A stretch of 62,199 bases of DNA, counting the filler, from Sphaerodactylus townsendi (Eukaryota), in assembly GCF_021028975.2 (NCBI RefSeq). It is 6 parts of 6 records of this genome, joined end to end, with 100 filler letters (N's around TTAATTAATTAA, not from the genome) between each part and the next. Parts side by side here need not be neighbours in the genome. Positions count along the whole stretch, not along the records: positions 7,907 to 29,327 come from NC_059434.1; 5 more parts are not named here. One strand, 5' to 3'. The notes beneath the pieces are model-generated. The model worked only from the letters and a program-made list of their open reading frames with translations. It had not been told where the DNA came from and ran no database searches. Below, one piece after another: positions 12,701 through 26,106 of the stretch. The translations under genes and the position numbers were made by a program. How positions within the stretch are numbered: the stretch's first letter is position 1; every line of letters starts with the position of its first letter.

Positions 12701-15700
12701 CACATTCTGCACAAGCAGAAACAGCATGGATTATTTATTATTACAGGCTGTTCAGAATCAGATTCCTACCTGGAGTGTCACAATAGTTCTTTCCACCGCT
12801 GAATGCAACATTTCCAAATCCCTTTTTGTAGGAATCCCATGTTCTTCCAAAACCAACACTGCCATCTTGGCGATTCTGAATAAGAGTCCAGCCTGTCAAA
12901 TTCAGAGAGGGACATGCAATGTAATGGTCATTTCTTGTTTAAGTAATATTGTTTCATATTCTTAAAAATGAAATATCCTAGCACAGGCCATTTCCAAGTC
13001 ATCACTAGTTCAACTGTAATGTTTTGAATATATGCTTGACTTTCCTTGCTTAAGCGTAATTTGGGTGAAACAAATATGATCTGTTGGGAACGTCTTTTAT
13101 TTTTCACAAAAGAACTTGTCAAACGTAAATACAAGTAGGATTGTCAGCCTTTGAGCGAAGTCTGGAATTGCAGCTGATCTCCAGACAGCAGAGAATATAT
13201 AAAACTATGAAGAGACTAATTTCAACAACATTAAAATCCCTATCATATTTTTTTCTTTTTTTGGGTAGTCTAGTAACAGCTGACTTACGGTGACCCGGTT
13301 GGGTTTGCAAGGTTCTTGCTGCGGAGGGATTTGGGAGGAAATTTGCCAATGCCTGCCTCCGCATCATATCCCTGGTATTCTTTGGAGGCTGTGACAAATG
13401 CCCATATTTGGGAAGTGGTTTCCAGTGAGAGACTGCCCTGAAATAGTTAAGTCCTGCCCAGTCCTGATTGGCTGGAGGAAATTTCCTTGGAGAAGAAAAG
13501 GAGGCAGTTGGAGTGCTGCGGGGTCTTTTTTCTATGAGGAGAGTTGGAGAAAGGAAGACTCCAGAAAAGGAGTCTGAGCCCAAAATCCTGTCAGGGCTAC
13601 TGAAAATATAAAAATTAGGGTGACCCTAGGAAGCTTCTAGGCAGGGACCCACTGTTGGTCATAGGACCATTTGAGAGTTTAAGCGAACTGTCTGAATGAC
13701 AATAAGTACTTCTGTTCTCTTTGTTCTTGTTTTGTTTAAGTTCCTCAATCCTACCAAAGAAATGTTTGATGTTACCGTTTATTTGAAATAAAACCTTTTG
13801 TTGTGGGGCTGTAGGGCAATACGGGCTCTGGTGTTTATTATTAGGGAGATCCTTAAAGTCAGTAAGGAATAATTCCTGAGGGAATAACTCCCTGGGGCTT
13901 GGAACCTGAGAAAGGGGAAATCCTTTCTTTCCTCCCCCCCCCCCCCACATTTGGGGATTGGTGTTACAGAGGCCTCCTATCCAAATACTTGGCAGAGCCG
14001 AAGCTGAGAATATGTTACTGGCCTAAAGTCCCTCAGCAAGTTTACATGGCAGACTGGCAGAGTAGATATTTGAGTCTGGGTTTTCCAGTTCCTAGTCCAA
14101 TATCTTAACCATTACACCATGGTGGTTCTTGGATCACATTTTAGTGACTATGTATTATATTTATATTTAAAAAATAATAATTTCAATGTTAGAATTGCAG
14201 ACCATACCCATGTTGCTTATAGAAGCTGCGCAGCACAGACAGTAAAAAAAACAAAAACATTACTATGACTTCTTGAACTCTCACCTCCATTTTCCGTGGT
14301 CATATCACAGTAAACTTTGTATGGTTTGAAAATAGGATCAGGTTGAATGAGGTACAACTCAGATGTTTCACCTCCTTTCCTAACTATGTCTTCACACTCT
14401 GCAACAAGAGCAAACAACAAAATCTATTTAAACTCCCTATATATAGGCCCCACAATCACAAATAGGCTTCCCTAACTTTGCACAGGCTCTCCTTTGTTGG
14501 ATTCCTCTCCCCCCCCCCCCCATTAACAGGCTCCCCTAACTTTGCAAATGGGCTCTTCCTGCTCAACTGCGGCTTGACAGAGTTTGTCCTATATTCCCAG
14601 GCAGGAAATTCTTCATAGTTCACCACAGGGACAAGTCCTGATTGGGATAAGCATATCGTGTGGGGAGGAGTATGGCTTCCACCTGCATTTCCCCCCATTT
14701 TCAAAGCTTCCAACAACAACACAACAGTATATCATCAGCATTAAATATTAAAACATACAACTTTAAAACCATAATTCCGATCCAAATTTATATTATTTTA
14801 GAAAGCTCCTCCCCACAAAAAATAAATCCTGATACATTTTATTAAAATACTACTGATGTTGTATGTAGCCTGTGAACTCTTTTTTAGCTGTGCTTTATCG
14901 ATCATCATATATAAATCAGGTGAAAACACAAACTGGAATAAAAGGAAGCAAACTTCCCATGCACAGTATACTATATAAAACTTGGAAAAGAATAATAAGA
15001 CTTTTTAATTTCAATTTCTGAAATCTAAGCAGAAAAATCTGACTACAAGTTTGGACATATCTCTTCTTGAAGGTTGCCTATATACCTAATTGTAGAGAAA
15101 GAGAAACAAAGGATGTGAAATATTACCTTTGCCGGAGACAACTGGTATATTGCATGAAACTGTACAAGGAGCATGGCAACCATCCAATTGGGATGTGACA
15201 ACATTTTCCAGTTTTTGTAATTTTTGGTGCAACGTGTCCACAATACTGCGAAGTATTTTCAGATTAGATGGCATGTTGCTGTCCAAGTTATCTTTGATGA
15301 AAACGTAATGCTGTTCTATCTCCTTGTTGAATTCAGAAATTACATTCTCATTATCTAGAAAAAAGAAAATTTCTTATAAACAGACTTTTTAAAACTAACC
15401 AGATGACAGCCTGGCTAAACTAGTTTATAAATCGTGATCAAGATTTGCTTTCTGCTTTTTACCTGCTCAAGCATTCGAGAGACACAGCAACTAATCTGAC
15501 CAGGGTAACCCATGTCCCCGGGCCTTTTGGTCATGTGGAGGGGGCGTCAGACACTGACCGGGTCCCCATGCCTGGCCATTTCCTCGGTGCAGCGCCCCAG
15601 TGCCCAAGGCCGGGTCCAACTGCAGCTGGGAAACCTCACCCCCACCTAGGGACTGCGCCGCCCACGAGGCCAGGCCCAGCTGCCTGGCTGGAAGGCTTTT

Positions 15701-18700
15701 CCCCCGCCAAGGGACTGCGCTGGTGTGCGAGGCTGGGCCCAGCCACGCAGCAACTCCCAGCCTCGTGGTGTGGCCAAGCCTCGACACCAGTTGGGCGCTG
15801 AATGCTGCCAGCGCAATCCGTCATCAAGAGAGAGGCCTCTCACTGTGCAGCTGGGCCCAGCCTCGCACACCAGCGAAATCCCCTGGCGGGGGAGAGGCCT
15901 CCCGGTCATGCAGCTGTGCCTGGCACCCCCTCCACGTGACTAAAAGGTAGTGCACGAGTTTAGAAAACTGAGGAAAGTTTGAGAGTGTGTGTATATGGGC
16001 TAGGGAGTTGTCATAGGGAGATGTCATAGTAAGTGCAACTAGGTAGTTAAATGCCCCATAACTGGTTGACTTCACTCAGGTTGACCAAGGAGTACCCAAT
16101 GCTAAGTCTAGTTAGGTGTATTGGTTCACCTCAGAGTGCTTTCTTTTAATACTGAAACCAAGAACAAGGCAGCTTTGTCTGTACACCAGTTTACTGATGG
16201 GATAAACAACCCAGGCAGTGGTTACCTCTAATTTGCTTCTGTCTTTTTATTAACCGCTGATCCAGTTGATTGGCAAATTCATAGAAAGTAGCCGAGCTTC
16301 TCTCTAGATCCCGTATTTTCTTGTCTAGATCTGCAATAGCTGGTTTCACTGTTTTTTCCTGTTTTACCAGTGCGGTTTGCAGCTCACATCCAGTTGGACA
16401 TAGTACTCCCTTTAAAAAGAAATGGTCTAGTTATGAGTACAGTTAGCATTTAATATATATTTATAGACACTGAGTGATGCAGAGTCACACCACTAGGTAA
16501 GTGAACTCACAAATTAAGTTGCACCATTGTGGGTGCAGATGAATAGAGCTTTATGAGTGTGTAGGAAAAAAGGGCAAACAAATCAATTAATGGGGTAACC
16601 AATTTCACATACATAATTCATAACAGAGCAACCATGAAATGGGGAGTGTGTGAGAAGTGGTCTTCTCTGCTTGCAGGTCAACCATGGGCCTTTCCCCACT
16701 TTTCCTGTTGCCGCCGCCGCTGTGCGCTGCTCTGAGCGCGCAGCATACCTAGCGTGCGTCTGGGCATCCCCACGACCCCGCACTCTGCGCGGGGTCATCC
16801 AAAGGCGCCGTTTTTGCCAGCGCCAGGGATGCCGCGCACTGAGGGGACGCAAGAGCAGCAGCGTCGGCGTGGCTGCACTGTTGCCGCCCCTGATGTGGGG
16901 AGTGCAGTGGGACCCCGCGCTATTTGTGGAGAGTAGCGCGGGGCTTAAGGTAAGTGGGGAAAGGGCCCATGCAACATTTCGCTGTAAAAAGCAGATGAAA
17001 AGTAGATGTAGCCTAACAATCCCGCACATGTGTTGTTTTTCCTTTTTTGTTGAGGGGGATGTCTGCAAGCTACGGTGACATGATTAGAGAAGCTGAAATA
17101 TGTGCATATTTGTGTCATTGTAGCTTCACAGCTATCCCCCTCAAATAAAGAAAAAATGACACATGAGCTGGATCGCTAGGCAACACAAACTTTATTCATC
17201 TACTTTTTATAGCAAAATCATGTGTAACTGAGCTGCAAACAGAGGAGACCTCTGTGGTAAATCTTCATGGAGAATCTGCTGCAGCACACAAAATGGCAGG
17301 CACGAGCAGTGGAAACGGAAGTAAGAGGTTTGGGTGGGAGAAATAAAGCATTTCCTGGCTGCTTTTGTTCGCTCAGCAGGCAGGAAAGATCTTCAGCCTG
17401 AGTTGGGGGCGGGGAGGGGAATGGCTAGTTTAGAGCTTTTTGAAAAGCTGGGTTGAGAGGAATAAAACGTGCTGAAGTCATTTTTGGGAAGAGAGCTGTG
17501 CGAAGTTCTTCCCCAAAACACATTTTAGAACATTTAGAACAGGATGCTATATTTATGCTGTGCAAAAATCACCAAACTTAGTCCAATAACAGTTACATAA
17601 AAAGCAAAATTAATATAACCACCTAGAGTTGCTCCCATTAGCAAAACAGAACTTCCTATTTGCCTGTCCCACTATGGCGCACTGATCTCCATGAAAAGCC
17701 CTGAAGAATAGAGAGTATTGCAATGAGAAGGTAAAATCAGTGAAAATTGATCCCCCACCCACCCACCCAAACAATTAATGGAAAACTGGCTCTTGTTCCA
17801 ACATCTAAGGTATATGGACTATTTCAAGCAGCCACATTCAAAAGAGAATTAATGCTCCATCACATCTATATACGCTGACATGCCAGTGATCTACAGCAAG
17901 AAGTGAATGCACAGGCACACAATCCCTGTCATAAGCCCTGAAAGGACACGGTGAAGTGGGTGGTAACTTCTGAAAACAGAAAAAGACCTACTACTATTAA
18001 ATAGCCTGTTCTCATGGCAGTGTCAGAGCACATATACCTACCAGTTCCTCTGATGCATGCCTGCAGCCTCCAATGTCAGGGTAAACGATCTGTTTTACAG
18101 CTTGACCTCGGGCGGGGGCTTTAGTTGGACGAGCTCGGTATCTGAAGCCACCACTTGGAGGAGGAGGAGCTGGCCTTAATGTTGGAATTGGTTCCCGCTG
18201 TCTGTTGACTGGCCTGTGCCCTCGGGCATCCACTCCTTCACCCTCTCCTTCAGTCTGTACAACATCAAAGGGAATAAATAATACACTTTCTGTCACAATC
18301 AAGGTATTTACTACAAGGTATTTACTATTATTTTTTGTCAATCCTATTGTCATAACTGTATTTTCAGAAACAGTCACAACATTTCTATAAGAGTTCCTTA
18401 AAGTAGGTTTGTTTGTTTGTTTGCATCTCCCAGCCTGTACGTTGACTAAAGTGGCACTTGTTAAAATTACCTTTTTATTTTAAAATGNNNNNNNNNNNNN
18501 NNNNNNNNNNNNNNNNNNNNNNNNNNNNNNNNNNNNNNNNNNNNNNNNNNNNNNNNNNNNNNNNNNNNNNNNNNNNNNNNNNNNNNNNNNNNNNNNNNNN
18601 NNNNNNNNNNNNNNNNNNNNNNNNNNNNNNNNNNNNNNNNNNNNNNNNNNNNNNNNNNNNNNNNNNNNNNNNNNNNNNNNNNNNNNNNNNNNNNNNNNNN

Positions 18701-21227
18701 NNNNNNNNNNNNNNNNNNNNNNNNNNNNNNNNNNNNNNNNNNNNNNNNNNNNNNNNNNNNNNNNNNNNNNNNNNNNNNNNNNNNNNNNNNNNNNNNNNNN
18801 NNNNNNNNNNNNNNNNNNNNNNNNNNNNNNNNNNNNNNNNNNNNNNNNNNNNNNNNNNNNNNNNNNNNNNNNNNNNNNNNNNNNNNNNNNNNNNNNNNNN
18901 NNNNNNNNNNNNNNNNNNGATAGTTGGATAGATGCAGAGGTGGGATTCAACCAGTTTTCACCACTTCTCTAGAAGTGGTTACTAATTTTTTCTGCGTGCT
19001 GAGAAGGGGTTACTAAAGCAACCTCTCTGCCCAATAGGGACTGGAGGTGCGTGTGTGCGGCGGCGCCACTGTTTGAATCCCACCACCATCGGAACCTGTT
19101 ATTAAAATTTNNNNNNNNNNNNNNNNNNNNNNNNNNNNNNNNNNNNNNNNNNNNNNNNNNNNNNNNNNNNNNNNNNNNNNNNNNNNNNNNNNNNNNNNNN
19201 NNNNNNNNNNNNNNNNNNNNNNNNNNNNNNNNNNNNNNNNNNNNNNNNNNNNNNNNNNNNNNNNNNNNNNNNNNNNNNNNNNNNNNNNNNNNNNNNNNNC
19301 TGGAGAACCTTTGCTAATCAGTATACACTATACTAAGCTTGATGGATTAAGGGTTAGACTCAGCAGAACGAAGCTTTTATATGTTCATATGTTAAGAAGT
19401 CAAGGCTGTATTCAGAGATGGATATCTGGAAAAACTGCACACTGTTGGTCTCACAAAAAGCTGATGCTGGTTCCTAAAACACTGTTGCAACTTGAATGCT
19501 TGAGCAGTGGGGAGTGGCAAAGCAGGAATGCTAACAGAACAAAGATCTTCAATTTTGAGCAAACACAGACTGAATGATTGAACTGTGGTAGAGAGGAGTG
19601 CTGAATACACAGCAAAAATCTGGAACAATCAGCTCCAACTAACTATTATCAAGAGACTACTCCTTCATTTGTATTTGTTGTATGGCCAAGCATACAGTAC
19701 AAAGATTACATGCTAGTTTTATTAAGCGTAAAGAAAAAAAAGTGTAACAAAAAAGTGTTCATTTGGTTTCACTAACAGAATCTTGGACATCAAATTATTT
19801 CACGTTGTCTTCAAAGACTAGGGAAATATTACACTATTGCACATTCTGTGAGTGCCAATATTCATTACAATGTACTAAAGAGTGCATCACAGGGATATTG
19901 CAGCTGCAAGTTCCTAGTGGGAACTTCCTTTAAGTGCGCTGTGGTGGCCCGATTCAGATTGGGATCAGGGTGCAGAGTGAGGGCTTCTGCCTTCACCCCG
20001 GTGCCATTTTCCCAAGTTACTCCTCTTTCTGTGCAGCCTGTGATAAAGATTGGATTGTAAATCTATAAAGATTTTTACATGAACAGAACACTGATTCTGA
20101 AAAGGAAGACATTATTTCTACATTTCAGATGATATATGCATATACATTTTAGAAATGGCTGGGATTGTTTTCACAGAGGCAAATCTATCTATGTGAAAGA
20201 AAAGCAACCTCTCTTCCATGAGAGTGCTTGCCACATGTCATTATTTGTACAATTAACCACCCCACCCTAATCTGCTACATGATTGATCATGGGCACTCTC
20301 TAAATCAACTGCATCATTTTTATTCAACAAACAAAGCAAGTAAGCTACTAAGTATTGAGAGCAACCAAAAAGGTATATTTAGATTACTACTATAATCTAT
20401 TTCATGGGCTTGCGTGCTTTTGGGATTGTACTGATATAGTCCTGATTTTTCCAAATGCTGGGTTTTCCCTTTATCTCATTAGGATTTATGGGTGTTCAGA
20501 GCCTCTGAAAATCATGCCAGAGTCTCAGTGTGCATTATATGGAGTGATCTCCTGCCATGAACACGCAGCATTTAAGAATGACAGATCACTTCTAAACTAT
20601 AGGTGGATGCCACATTATCCAAAAACATAATCACAGTAATATAACAATATAATCACAGTAATATATAAATGATGCTCCTCAGATCATTACGTTTGAGCAA
20701 TCCCACAAGAGCTAGATGCACTGATAAAATTTCTGTTGATTTCTGTCACTTTAGCAGTAGCAACATTTAAAGCCTTCTAAAACAATTTATATAACTGGTA
20801 ACAAGCATTTCTGTATGTGATTTATGCAAAGCAACCCATCCTAAGAATCTTTATATCTTTTTTACAATTATACAGAATTATAGCAGAATTTTTTAAAGAT
20901 TTAGGCTTACCACTGGTGCAGCGGTAGAGTCCTACAGAAGGAATAGGAAAGGGGAAAAATAATTATTAAAATAAACACACAAGCTGAAAATACAGATAAC
21001 ATTATTCACTGACTTTTTTTATCACAACTTAAGAGTTCCTTAATACATGTGGAAATATATTTGTGTTTTCACCTATCTTCTGAAATCTAAAACCAAAATA
21101 TATAATGATATAAAAGAAGTGATATTCTAACCTCCTCATCATAATCCGAATCACACCGTGTATTATCAATAGCAATAGAAAGTAGGAACAGCAACAGTAG
21201 TTTCACAATAGAGCTTTTGCAGAACAT
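9775..21227 (-). CDS. FGB: Fibrinogen beta chain, complete CDS
   Basis: Exons: 21132-21227 ([32 protein letters not shown]), candidate micro-exon 20911-20931, 18042-18254 (thrombin site DAR|GHRP), 16226-16409 (GVLCPTGC), 15127-15354, 14285-14398, 12770-12892, 11155-11440, 9775-10000 (ends KIRPVFQQ*). All introns are GT-AG and the frame is open. Sizes 184/228/114/286 match human FGB exons as recalled. The fibrinogen C-terminal (FReD) domain is present. Confidence 0.97.
10480..10609. mobile_element. Palindromic MITE (non-autonomous DNA transposon, possibly PIF/Harbinger-type)
   Basis: Long inverted arms GGCTCATTCCGCACACGCAGAATAATGCACTTTCAAGCTGCTTTC ... GAAAGCAGCTTGAAAGTGCATTATTTTGCGTGTGCAGAATGAGCC; related copies at 11671-11823 and about 36775-36913. 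Confidence 0.75.
11671..11823. mobile_element. Palindromic MITE, same family as 10480-10609
   Basis: AGGGCACTTCCGCACATGCAGAAT ... ATTCTGCATGTGCAAAAGTGCCCT inverted termini. Confidence 0.75.
16686..16968. mobile_element. CpG-rich MITE with terminal inverted repeats in an FGB intron
   Basis: GGGCCTTTCCCCACTT ... AAGTGGGGAAAGGGCCC termini around a GC/CpG-rich interior that contrasts with the AT-rich intron. Confidence 0.7.
18935..19110 (+). mobile_element. hAT MITE (same family as 25918-26106), truncated by a gap
   Basis: Near-identical to 25918-26106 (CAGAGGTGGGAT...GAAGTGGTTACTAATTTTTTCTG...). Confidence 0.8.
20911..20931 (-). CDS. FGB: Candidate 21-nt micro-exon of FGB (DSTAAPV, within fibrinopeptide B)
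   Basis: Minus strand TTTTCCCCTTTCCTATTCCTTCTGTAG|GACTCTACCGCTGCACCAGTG|GTAAGC; phase 0/0, matching the flanking exons. Confidence 0.65.
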
Positions 21228-21276
21228 CTTAGAAGCTTTTCACTGCTATATCTCCAAGAAAGACTGAATCATTGCT

Positions 21277-21396
21277 CATATATAAACGAAACAATGTAGA
21301 GTTTTTTGGCTCGTTCATGATAGGTCTAGCTTCCCTCCCACTGTTAATGTTTAACGTTATCGTCCACTTTGTGCCTAGATTTATCAGTTGAGCAAC
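21277..21396 (-). promoter_or_regulatory. FGB proximal promoter: TATA, HNF1 and C/EBP sites
   Basis: TATATA at about 21279-21284; GTTAATGTTTAAC at 21343-21355 (HNF1 consensus GTTAATNATTAAC); GTTGAGCAAC at 21387-21396 (C/EBP-like). HNF1 and C/EBP sites are established elements of mammalian beta-fibrinogen promoters. Confidence 0.8.
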
Positions 21397-21787
21397 ATCA
21401 TCTGTTCTATCTCATGTGCAAGGAAAACAGGAGAGTTTCTCTCATTTGTGAACTGCTCATTTGTGGAAATCACTTGGAAGACATTCAAAATATCATAATG
21501 ATCAGAACATGGATAAAAAATAAACATATTCCTGACAATATGCTCATAAGCCAAAGTGCCTGTAACTGTGGTGAAGTAACTGTCTCCTGATCCCACTCCT
21601 GTGGTCCTTTCTTTTCAGCTTCCCAAATTTCACCAGTCTTGTCTAGTAACAATGCTGTCCTAAGTAAAATTTGCAGCACCTCCTGTATGCCATGTTAAGG
21701 AAAAACATTTTGTTTTTCCATCCTACTCTAAAACATTCACCCCTTTGCCTCTTGGACTAAATGTCCGGCTTGATGCACAGTCTAGGG

Positions 21788-21922
21788 CATAGGTGTCAAA
21801 CTTGTGGCCCTCCAGATGTTATGGACTACAGTTCCCATCATCCCCTGCCAGCACCAGGCTGGCAGGAGATGATGGGAACTGTAGTCCATAACATCTGGAG
21901 GGCCGCAAGTTTGACACCTGTG
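21788..21922. mobile_element. Hairpin hAT (Charlie/Buster-type) MITE
   Basis: Near-perfect palindrome flanked by a perfect 8-bp TSD GTCTAGGG (21780-21787 / 21923-21930). Confidence 0.9.
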
Positions 21923-24900
21923 GTCTAGGGGAACTCAAAAGCTTGCTCACTACTTGGTTATATTAATACTTTGGTCCCAATGAAAGGTATTACGGTTCTA
22001 TTTCTGTAGTGCTACACAAGTTTCAGCTTATTTCCAATTTTAATGGCACAGTGCCCGTTCATTTCTGGTGAGCAAAAATGCTGTACCTTTGAATTCTTGA
22101 ACAATGATAATTGCTGCTGTTGTTTCATGGGTAGGCCTGTATATATGTACTAAAGCTGCCATTTCCTCCAGGGAAACTGAGGTTTGCATTCTGTTGCAAT
22201 TCCCAAAGAACGCCAACCGGGAGATCGACGCCCCTCACTGGAAATAAACTAAAAGTTTGTAAAACTGTATCAAAGTTAAAAACTGATGATCGGTTTTTAT
22301 GATCGTCCACAACAGATGGACAATTGCACCCTGCCTCAGTTGCCATTTTTGAGAATTTTCCAAAGGCAACCCCAGATAGAGTGTATAACAACAGTCTGTA
22401 AGTCCCCAAGGACTATGCCAGACCAGATTTCTCCAAGAAGGATTAAAGTCAGGAGCAGACAAAAATGCAGCCTCATCTCCTAAGCTAAAGTTGCTAACTG
22501 GTCGCCCAGTCCAGAGTGGGGAGAGTGAAGCATGATCAGGAAGCAGCATGGCTTCACACAAAAGCATTTGCCCTCCCCGTTGGCATAGGTGGCACATAGG
22601 TTGGTGGGGAGGGCAAACAGGGTGAAGAGACATTGCAGAGTTGTGTGGTGCCCAACCCAGAAGAGGCTGCCTGCCCCAATGCTGCGCCAGCATATCTGCA
22701 GATGCCAGTGTGGCTGGGGGTAGGCTAGGGGAGTTCCCAGAGGTGGAATCAACCTGAATCTGCTTCTACTCAGCTTTTCTGGCTAGGAACATGCCAACCA
22801 CAGGCCTCCAACTTACACCACCCAAAAGAGTGGCGTAAGTCCATTTTCCCCAATGGAAGCTGCTCAGGCAGTTGAGGATTCTCTGGGTTTTGCTACCTTC
22901 CCACACCATCTAGAAGGCAGCACAGTGGTGCGGCCATGGTGCCATCCCCAACTGCTGTGGTCTCTTGTTCAGGCTGTTAGGCCTCCAGGAATCGTTACAA
23001 TTACAGAAATACACCCAAGTTGTGGACCTAGGTTTCCAGAGAGGTACAATATAGAATTGCCTAATTGAACTTTTGGTATATTCATTCATGACCGTATACC
23101 ATTGGCTTTGTTATTTACTAGCTTTCTTGCCAGATATGCAGGGATAGAACAGACCACAAAAACACCTCAAAGAACAAACCAAATGATTTTTTAAAGTATC
23201 ATACCACACGCCAACATAATTAAAACATTCTCTACTCTGACCTTGGCTATTAAAAACCAAACCTAGCAAAAAATGTCTTCCAACATTTCTGGAAAATGAT
23301 TTGGTTTGGACTTTGATTATTGAGGGGAAAGGAAGTTACACAATTGTAGGTCACCTACCACAAAGCCTCTGTATATTTTTGCTGTTCTGCTCGGGCAAGC
23401 AGACAATTCAGGCATTTCACAATTGTTCTGGACTCACAATTATTTTGTCCTCATCTGTTTTATTGCCGGGAAAACCTTAACAATCATTTGAAAATGCTGC
23501 AATGTTCTCAACTGAAGCTAAAACAGGATGTAGAGGACATTCTTCTAGGTCAATGGCAGTGAAGAATTTTTGTTACAATCAAATAGGGCTGCCAGGAATC
23601 CGCTGTCCACCAGCAACGGATCGGGGGGTAGAGTTGCCAGATCCAGGTTGGGAAACTCCTGGAGATTTGGGGATGGAGCCTGGGGAGAACGAGGATCTCA
23701 GTGGGGCACAAAGTCATAGAGTCCACCTCCCAAAGCATCCATATTCTCCAGAACTAATCTCTGCAGTCTGGAACTACGCTGTGATGCTGACGATCCCCAG
23801 GTTCCACCTGAAGGCCAGCATCTCTACAATCAAGAAACAATTTCTCCTGTGCTAGGTACACTCAAGAGTCACCTCAGAGCATTCCCATCACATCCCCCAC
23901 AACTTACAGAAGATGTCCTTACGAAACAGTTTTAATAAATCAACCCCCTTCCCCCAAGCACTATTTGCCCTGATGGTTTGTTCAGTCAGTGGCACAATGC
24001 TCTTTAAACAAGCTCTGCCAGATAAGTCAAGGACAGTGGTCAAAGATTGGTTTATCTGCAGGACCAGGGTTTCAGGCCACAGATAATTCACAATGTTTGT
24101 AGAATTAGAACAGGGGGAGAGGGGAAGGTGTCCTAGTTATACATTTATTTAGAAATGCAATTTTAAACTGTGACTTGGTGGCCAAAAAAAAGTGTTGCAA
24201 GATAATTCTGCATTTTAAACAAAAGTGTAAACAGATAGTTCAGCTCTGATTTTCTCAAACAGTAGGCTGAAGACACCAAATATTTACAGCAGGGGGTTTT
24301 TTTTGTCCTTTGCAAAGGAGACTCCACCATAGTCATCATAACCTGGAAGCAAACACATTTTTTAAAGGTTAACGTGGGGACTACTTTCTGCTGCTCACTG
24401 CTCACTCAATTTGGTTGCAAAAGTTGGAATAGGGAGTCATTCTAAAAACAACCAAATTTCCACTGATTGTTTTATACATATTTGAAGCTTCCCAACAGAC
24501 AAATAACGTAAAGGATATTTTTCAACATTTAACATAAACTAGAAGAACTGGCCTCTACAAAACAGAGCACAAACTTATCCTTTATGCAACTCTACTTAAG
24601 AGGGAAATTCCCGACCTTGATAGCCCCAGCCTAAATCCCAGATCTTGTATCTGAATGAATACTTGTCAGATCTCAGAAGCTAAGCAGGATGAATCCTTGG
24701 TAGTATTTGGATGGGCAATCTCCAAGGAATACCAGGATTGTGATGTGGAGACATGCAATGGCAAATCATCTCTGAACGTCTCTGCCTTGAAAAGCCCCTG
24801 GGGTCACCATANNNNNNNNNNNNNNNNNNNNNNNNNNNNNNNNNNNNNNNNNNNNNNNNNNNNNNNNNNNNNNNNNNNNNNNNNNNNNNNNNNNNNNNNN

Positions 24901-25917
24901 NNNNNNNNNNNNNNNNNNNNNNNNNNNNNNNNNNNNNNNNNNNNNNNNNNNNNNTCTGCTCCTGGGTAGCTAGTCTCACACAACACTTGCCCACTCTATC
25001 GGCATCAAAAGATGTTTCCAGTCAGCCCAATGAAACCCACACAGATCTAGGTATATGCATCCACTTCTGTTATGTGCTCAAAAATGCCTGTTTCTATGTG
25101 CAGATCTCACTTGTGAAACTAGGCTAATAATATATAGTATAAATGCTTGCACATTATGTGGCACAGATCCATTTCTTTTTTAACTTTATTTATTTGTTGT
25201 GATCATAGATCAGCCAAGATTGATACACAGACAAAAGTCATCAGTACATCTACAATCAACAAAATTTCAAAGCCACATAATAGGTTGGGCACTCACATAA
25301 TTGACAAAAAGACTTGATCAGCTGCTTCCTCGTTAACTATTTTATTTCAGTTCAAAGGTAGTTGGTTCTCAACTGAGGTTCTACTGGCCAGTGACCAATT
25401 CTAATACCAAGCTGCAAAATGTTGCACTTCCTTGTGAGAAGTGTGAATGGGCCCTACCTTTCCATAGGTACTACCCAAATTAGAACATGGGGGATAATTT
25501 ACAGATGGCTGTATGTGTGATACAAAAGCAGTGAATCACACCCTGTGTTATTGAGCTGAATATATAAAATTGGCTGATGTTTATCTATGTGTTTGTGTAA
25601 AGTTTGGATACACAGTGTAGCTTTCATGGTATAAAAGCTACAAAACCCATGATGCACTGTAATCATCAGTGAGATGGAGGGAATGATTGTATAGCAGCAT
25701 CCAGAGCCTAGATTAAATTTAACAACTGAGAAAACTTAAAACAACAGCATAGCACACAAAACAGTAAGTTTAAATAACCGAGAGACTTTCCACTAAATGT
25801 TTTTTGGAATTAAGTAGACAGAATTGAGCATTTTCAGAGAGATAGCAATGGGAGTCCAAGGCAGCAAAACAACATAAAATCTTGGCTCATATAAAAACAA
25901 TTTTTCTGGGGCATAAC

Positions 25918-26106
25918 CAGAGGTGGGATCCAACCAGTTCTCACTTCTAGAGAAGTGGTTACTAATTTTTTCTGAGTGCCGAGAAGGGGTTACTAAAGCA
26001 ACCTCCCTGCCCAATAGGGACTGGAGGTGCGTGTGTGTGGCGGTGCCACTGTTTGAATCCCACCACCATCGGAACCTCTTATTAAAATTTTTGGATCCCA
26101 CCACTG
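25918..26106 (+). mobile_element. hAT MITE
   Basis: TIRs CAGAGGTGGGATCCAA / TTGGATCCCACCACTG and perfect 8-bp TSD GGCATAAC; other copies at 18935-19110 and 41579-41769. Confidence 0.9.

Noticed and set aside
1-21227. Furin next to fibrinogen as a protease-substrate gene cluster
   Set aside because: The two genes are on different scaffolds separated by an artificial linker.
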